Part shown: positions 22,845-24,000 of the stretch, one piece after another | Layout of the letters: each line of letters begins with the position of its first letter | How positions within the stretch are numbered: the stretch's first letter is position 1 | Assembly (NCBI GenBank): GCA_043742365.1 | Contig: JAYTYM010000065.1 | Coordinates: forward strand, 11,909 to 35,908 | Length of the DNA stretch: 24,000 nucleotides | Direction of reading: 5' to 3' | From: a bacterium | GTDB lineage: Bacteria > Patescibacteriota > Minisyncoccia > Phycocordibacterales > UBA6899 | The notes under the pieces: generated by a model | What the model was told of the DNA's origin: nothing | Seen by the model: the letters and a program-made list of their open reading frames with translations, nothing else | Database searches by the model: none | Translations under genes and position numbers: made by a program

Positions 22845-22873
22845 AACACCACCCACTTTGTTGGGTGTTTTTT
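22845..22873 (+). terminator. Terminator after the ParB-like gene
   Basis: An A-run, then AACACC..GGTGTT / ACCCA..TGGGT hairpin, then TTTTTT. Confidence 0.55.
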
Positions 22874-22909
22874 GTAAGTCGTAAAAACAATCTCTGCTTG
22901 CGAAGTGAG

Positions 22910-22991
22910 TGGGCGTGGGGAGACTCGAACTCCCAACCCTTACGGGATACGCTTCTGAGACGTACGCGTATACCAATTCCGCCACACGCCC
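22910..22991 (-). tRNA. tRNA-Leu (anticodon CAG), long variable arm
   Basis: Reverse complement: acceptor GGGCGTG/CACGCCC, anticodon arm TACGT-CTCAGAA-GCGTA, variable arm TCCCGTAAGGGTT, T arm GGGAGTTCGAGTCTCCC. Confidence 0.92.
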
Positions 22992-22993
22992 AC

Positions 22994-23297
22994 TCACCAC
23001 ACAAACTTTCTATACTCCGCTCCTGAGACGTACGCGACTATATTCTTTTGCAATTCCCCCACACGCCCACTCACCACACAAACTTTCTATACTCCGCTCC
23101 TGAGACGTACGCGACCATATTTATTTGCAGTTCCTCCTCACACTCACTGCACAAGTTCTCTATGATTACGTTTATTAGACGTAAGCGACTATATTCTTTT
23201 GCAATTTCACCACAAACCCAGATGTTCCAATAACATTTATGCTTCGATTCTAAGGCGTACGAGACCTCATTCTTTGGCAGTTCCCCCTTCTAGTCAC
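22994..23297 (-). repeat. Tandem array (4 units, 74-77 bp) of degenerating copies of the tRNA-Leu(CAG) upstream spacer plus 5' two-thirds
   Basis: Units start at 23023, 23100, 23174 and 23250, and each resembles 22955-22993 of the real gene. The 29-nt spacer tcaccacacaaactttctatactccgctc is identical at 22994 and 23071. Similarity decays with distance from the gene. Confidence 0.75.
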
Positions 23298-23712
23298 TTA
23301 CAGTACAAGCTCATCGCGACCCACTTTTTTTGAAATACATGAATTCATTTTATTTATTATTCGTATAAAACGACTTAACACAAGCATATTTAAGTAATTC
23401 ATAAGAAAATTAAATTTATCTAAGCAACATAATTTGCCCAACTGTCCTTTACCTTTTTTCCTACACTCTGTCCTTTATGAAACATCTGGCTGTAATAAAG
23501 AGTGTAGCAAAATGAGTAATGTTTATCTAGCTTTTATCCAAAACAACAAAATTGATTTGATGCAATACCTTTGACAAGACGTCAATCTTTACGATGAGCC
23601 TGCTGGTGCTAGGGTGGATATAGTCAAATTGTTGTTTGACAATCGAACCGAAGAGGGGAATCGCACAGGCGAAACCTTTGTCGGCCTTTTTCACTTTGAA
23701 AAGGACTGTATC

Positions 23713-24000
23713 ATGGACGTTCTCGAAAAACATGCCACGCGGCATACACGCACGCAAGACCTACAGATGACCCTCCTCGAATATCTCGAGGAATGCAAGC
23801 GTAACTCGCTTGCCTATGCATCCGCTTCCGAGCGCATGCTCAAGGCCATCGGTGAACCGAAAACGGTTGATACACGTGATGATCCTCGCCTTTCGCGTTT
23901 GTTCGCGAATAAGGTGATTAAGGTCTATCCCGCTTTTGCCGAGTTCTACGGCATGGAAGACGCCATCGAACAGGTGGTGAGCTACTTCCGTCACTCCGCT
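23713..24000 (+). CDS. prkA: PrkA/YeaG-family serine protein kinase, N-terminal 96 codons (runs off the window)
   Basis: Manual translation gives MDVLEKHATRHTRTQDLQMTLLEYLEECKRNSLAYASASERMLKAIGEPKTVDTRDDPRLSRLFANKVIKVYPAFAEFYGMEDAIEQVVSYFRHSA. This closely parallels E. coli YeaG (..AYANAAERLLMAIGEP..VDT..PRLSRLFSNRVIARYPAFEEFYGMEDAIEQIVSY.., recalled from memory). It is absent from the ORF track because no stop codon lies in the window. Confidence 0.85.
   Translation, partial: MDVLEKHATRHTRTQDLQMTLLEYLEECKRNSLAYASASERMLKAIGEPKTVDTRDDPRLSRLFANKVIKVYPAFAEFYGMEDAIEQVVSYFRHSA

Noticed and set aside
22994-23297. Possible CRISPR array (regular ~75-bp periodicity).
   Set aside because: Both halves of each unit are conserved between neighbouring units, so there are no unique spacers. 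The repeat part is homologous to the adjacent tRNA-Leu(CAG) 5' region. No cas genes are present.
23761-23994. 77-aa minus-strand ORF, and the 76-aa ORF at 23527-23757.
   Set aside because: The first is antisense to a plus-strand frame with a strong PrkA/YeaG match. The second overlaps the prkA start, has no recognisable features, and lies in AT-rich promoter-like DNA.

Overview
The window looks like a compact bacterial chromosome segment. GC is about 40-45% by eye, and the gene content resembles small-genome Patescibacteria/CPR-type organisms, but that taxonomy is inference only. Confident housekeeping genes are adk, an alanine-dehydrogenase-family gene, a TrmH/SpoU methyltransferase, a MurE-like ligase, ruvA, rpsT, a CheY-like receiver, ruvX, a CsaA-like tRNA-binding protein, pilM-pilN-pilO, acyP, an FAD amine oxidase, uppS, an RluA-family synthase and rplS. 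There are seven single tRNA genes: Lys-UUU, Arg-GCG, Ser-UGA, Val-UAC, Arg-UCU, Leu-GAG and Leu-CAG.

The unusual part is the roughly 3.5 kb of non-coding DNA around those tRNAs. Behind the 3' end of five tRNAs sits a 145-175 bp structured module, here called family A. Each module ends in a direct copy of the local tRNA's T-arm/acceptor 3' strand, also contains the reverse complement of that strand, and shares core strings across loci (TCGAAAACCTT, AAAGGTGTAC, a YGTAA-loop hairpin). Modules occur singly, in tandem series, and once with a 109-nt nested insertion that has an intact paralog beside it. A second motif family, here called B (GGTCGCAAGTACTTA..GAGCGAAGCGAATTAG.., GAGTACT-N10-AGTACTC), fills the expandable hairpin of these modules and also flanks foreign-looking genes. 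On the 5' side of tRNA-Leu(CAG) and tRNA-Lys there are tandem arrays of promoter-plus-5'-part tRNA pseudo-copies.

Three accessory regions stand out. A Mu-Gam-like plus ParB-like gene pair lies between the two tRNA-Leu genes. A single-gene island of about 60-65% GC encodes an orphan protein. A partial prkA/yeaG runs off the right edge. Also notable are a 613-aa VirB2-like-pilin/Calx-beta fusion and two GC-rich intergenic candidate RNAs. No rRNA, CRISPR array, transposase or integrase gene is visible.
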